From the NCBI GenBank assembly GCA_002269645.1, contig NIVC01001380.1, positions 1 to 64,000 on the forward strand: 64,000 bases of DNA, written 5' to 3'. This document shows, piece after piece, positions 61,301-64,000 of the stretch (positions within the stretch are counted from its first letter, which is position 1; every line of letters begins with the position of its first letter). The notes beneath the pieces were generated by a model. That model saw nothing but the letters and a program-made list of their open reading frames with translations. It did not search any database and was not told the DNA's origin. The position numbers and the translations under genes were made by a program. Source of the stretch: Macrostomum lignano. Taxonomy: Eukaryota.

Positions 61301-63795
61301 CAATGTGTTCTACCTGTGTCCATCAGTGTGTTCTACCTGTGTCCATCAGTGTGTTCTACCTGTGTCCATCAGTGTGTTCTACCCCTGTCCATCAGTGTGT
61401 TCTACCCCTGTCCATCAGTGTGTTCTACCCCTGTCCATCAGTGTGTTCTACCCCTGTCCATCAGTGTGTTCTACCTGTGTCCATCAATGTGTTCTACCCC
61501 TGTCCATCAGTGTGTTCTACCCCTGTCCATCAGTGTGTTCTACCTGTGTCCATCAGTGTGTTCTACCCCTGTCCATCAGTGTGTTCTACCCCTGTCCATC
61601 AGTGTGTTCTACCCCTGTCCATCAGTGTGTTCTACCCCTGTCCATCAGTGTGTTCTACCTGTGTCCATCAATGTGTTCTACCCCTGTCCATCAGTGTGTT
61701 CTACCCCTGTCCATCAGTGTGTTCTACCTGTGTCCATCAGTGTGTTCTACCTGTGTCCATCAGTGTGTTCTACCTGTGTCCATCAGTGTGTTCTACCCCT
61801 GTCCATCAGTGTGTTCTACCTGTGTCCATCAATGTGTTCTACCCCTGTCCATCAGTGTGTTCTACCCCTGTCCATCAGTGTGTTCTACCCCTGTCCATCA
61901 ATGTGTTCTACCCCTGTCCATCAGTGTGTTCTACCCCTGTCCATCAGTGTGTTCTACCTGTGTCCATCAATGTGTTCTACCCCTGTCCATCAATGTGTTC
62001 TACCCCTGTCCATCAGTGTGTTCTACCCCTGTCCATCAGTGTGTTCTACCTGTGTCCATCAGTGTGTTCTACCCCTGTCCATCAGTGTGTTCTACCCCTG
62101 TCCATCAATGTGTTCTACCCCTGTCCATCAGTGTGTTCTACCCCTGTCCATCAGTGTGTTCTACCTGTGTCCATCAATGTGTTCTACCCCTGTCCATCAG
62201 TGTGTTCTACCCCTGTCCATCAGTGTGTTCTACCCCTGTTTTCAAGAAGTTTTAGTTCGGTAGTTTTCCTAAACTTGAACCAAAACACGATTGAATTTTG
62301 TTTTAAAGATTTGCGCATTATAACAATTTATTTTAATATTTTAATGCGCGCGAAATAAATATGTAATGTCTAGAGTTTTTAATGCGCAACATTTTAATAA
62401 ATTTCCTTGTTTATTAAGTTTATGAATTTATGCATTACGTGAATTGACCCAGTTTTAAGACAACACTAAAAGCGCCCTATTATGTACCGAGGAAAGGAAT
62501 TTGTTTTTGAAATTGCGCATTTCATTGTGATGCATGCCAACGTTGGAAGACTTTGAGATTCTGGTTATTGCTTTCCACCACAGGTTTGTGGGTTCTGTTT
62601 ATATTTTGATAGACTGCTAAGTGCATATTAATCTACTTATAGTCAGTAGTGTAAATGTATTTTTTTGTTTAAATATTTCTCTGAATCCAAATCTTATCAG
62701 TTTATAAACTCAACAATCTTATCAGTTAATAGCTGCTCTCTGAGCTCTAAACTCAACAATCTTATCAGTTAATAGCTGCTCTCTGAGCTCTAAACTCAAC
62801 AATCTTATCAGTTAATAGCTGCTCTCTGAGCTCTAAACTTAACAATCTTATCAGTTAATAGCTGCTCTCTGAGCTCTAAACTCAACAATCTTATCAGTTA
62901 ATAGCTGCTCTCTGAGCTCTAAACTTAACAATCTTATCAGTTAATAGCTGCTCTCTGAGCTCTAAACTCAACAATCTTATCAGTTAATAGCTGCTCTCTG
63001 AGCTCTAAACTTAACAATCTTATCAGTTAATAGCTGCTCTCTGAGCTCTAAACTCAACAATCTTATCAGTTAATAGCTGCTCTCTGAGCTCTAAACTCAA
63101 CAATCTTATCAGTTAATAGCTGCTCTCTGAGCTCTAAACTCAACAATCTTATCAGTTAATAGCTGCTCTCTGAGCTCTAAACTCAACAATCTTATCAGTT
63201 GATAGCTGCTCTCTGAGCTCTAAACTCAACAATCTTATTAGTTAATAGCTGCTCTCTGAGCTCTAAACTCAACAATCTTATCAGTTAATAGCTGCTCTCT
63301 GAGCTCTAAACTCAACAATCTTATTAGTTAATAGCTGCTCTCTGAGCTCTAAACTCAACAATCTTATCAGTTAATAGCTGCTCTCTGAGCTCTAAACTCA
63401 ACAATCTTATCAGTTAATAGCTGCTCTGAACTTAAATAAGTGCCTGCTAATTTGCTACTGTTTTTTGTTTCCTGTTAATTTTTATACGAATGCGCTAGTT
63501 TAGCTACTGATTTTTATCCAAACAAGTAAAAATATACGCAAATTTTGTTTCCTACAGATAGAAAAAAATTTTCTTTTATTTGCAGGGCCGCAACGGTCTT
63601 GGAAATATTTTTGTCTGGGCATCCGGCAATGGCGGTCACAAATCCGACAGTTGCGCCTGCGACGGCTACACTAATAGCGTCTATACGCTTAGCGTTAGTA
63701 GTATAACGCAGCGCAATTCTAAGCCCTGGTATCTGGAGGAGTGCGCCAGCACCCTAGCCGCCACTTATAGTAGCGGTGGGCACAATGATAAACAG
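55323..63795 (+). CDS. Furin/PC1-type subtilisin-like proprotein convertase, partial; exons 55323-55978, 57491-57579, 57670-57842, 63586-63795, continuing beyond the window
   Basis: Prodomain cleavage RVKR|DF, catalytic Asp ILDDG, His [21 protein letters not shown], oxyanion Asn WASGNGG. Splice phases 2, 1, 0 are consistent. Confidence 0.95.
56385..57380. repeat. 35-bp minisatellite (ccccatttgagtccttgccaatctgagcaattcct) in convertase intron 1
   Basis: About 28 tandem units varying mainly in the C-run. Confidence 0.98.
57965..58605. repeat. Degenerate (ATTG)n microsatellite in convertase intron 3
   Basis: GATT/ATTG runs with interspersed variants. Confidence 0.95.
59125..62238. repeat. 23-bp minisatellite (ctacccctgtccatcagtgtgtt), 135 full units, higher-order structure
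   Basis: The 23-bp register is kept without indels (units start at 59401, 60781, 62161); there are only two variable sites. Confidence 0.99.
62705..63428. repeat. 43-bp minisatellite (taaactcaacaatcttatcagttaatagctgctctctgagctc), about 17 copies
   Basis: Near-identical tandem units ending about 155 nt before the exon 4 acceptor. Confidence 0.98.
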
Positions 63796-64000
63796 GTGAT
63801 TATTGTTGTCTTGGTGAATTTGCACTATCAGTTAATTGTTCCACCATTTAACCAGATTAGCAATTGATTCTACCCTTAATCTAACTGGCTATATTAGTTA
63901 ATACATTCTATTCTCAATGTAATTGACTAGATTAGAAATCCATTCTTTGTCTCACTATAATTGATTAGATTAGCAATCATTCTATTCACAATGTTATTGA

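Noticed and set aside
59085-62358. Three 1000+ aa Cys-rich ORFs
   Set aside because: They are all three frames of a stop-free 23-bp satellite inside convertase intron 3; the period-23 peptide is an artefact of unit length.
63586-63640. Calling the convertase PC2
   Set aside because: The oxyanion residue is Asn (SGNGG), whereas PC2 has Asp; furin versus PC1 or PC5 cannot be resolved from the partial gene.

Overview
Eukaryotic (metazoan) genomic DNA with GT-AG introns, very rich in repeats. The intron-minisatellite load and RTE-type LINE relics suggest a flatworm such as Macrostomum, but this is inference and is not verified. Seven host genes can be spliced by hand into frame-consistent models: a secreted fibrinogen-domain protein (+, 13954-14921), a FADS6-like desaturase (-, 16943-19017), a small HEAT-like repeat protein (+, 22141-23618), an NPC2/ML-domain protein (+, 25317-29311), a secreted triple F-type lectin plus WSC protein (-, 33570-35685), a divergent rhodopsin-like GPCR (+, 44453-46828) and the 5' part of a furin/PC1-type convertase (+, 55323-63795, continues beyond the window). 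Positions 1-7.9 kb hold a decayed Mutator-like transposon whose transposase is followed by a 30-bp-repeat linker, an Ulp1-type cysteine protease and the start of a PHD-like finger. A deleted Gypsy element interrupts it, and a 9-bp-TSD foldback MITE interrupts the Gypsy element. Also present are a near-intact non-coding LTR element (TRIM-like, 51704-53183), several MITEs, LINE relics, a Penelope-type hammerhead-like motif in a 43-bp inverted repeat, and about 15 mini/microsatellites. The most unexplained pattern is that seven otherwise dissimilar minisatellite units share the hexamer YAATCT. There are no CRISPR arrays, rRNA genes or complete tRNA genes.
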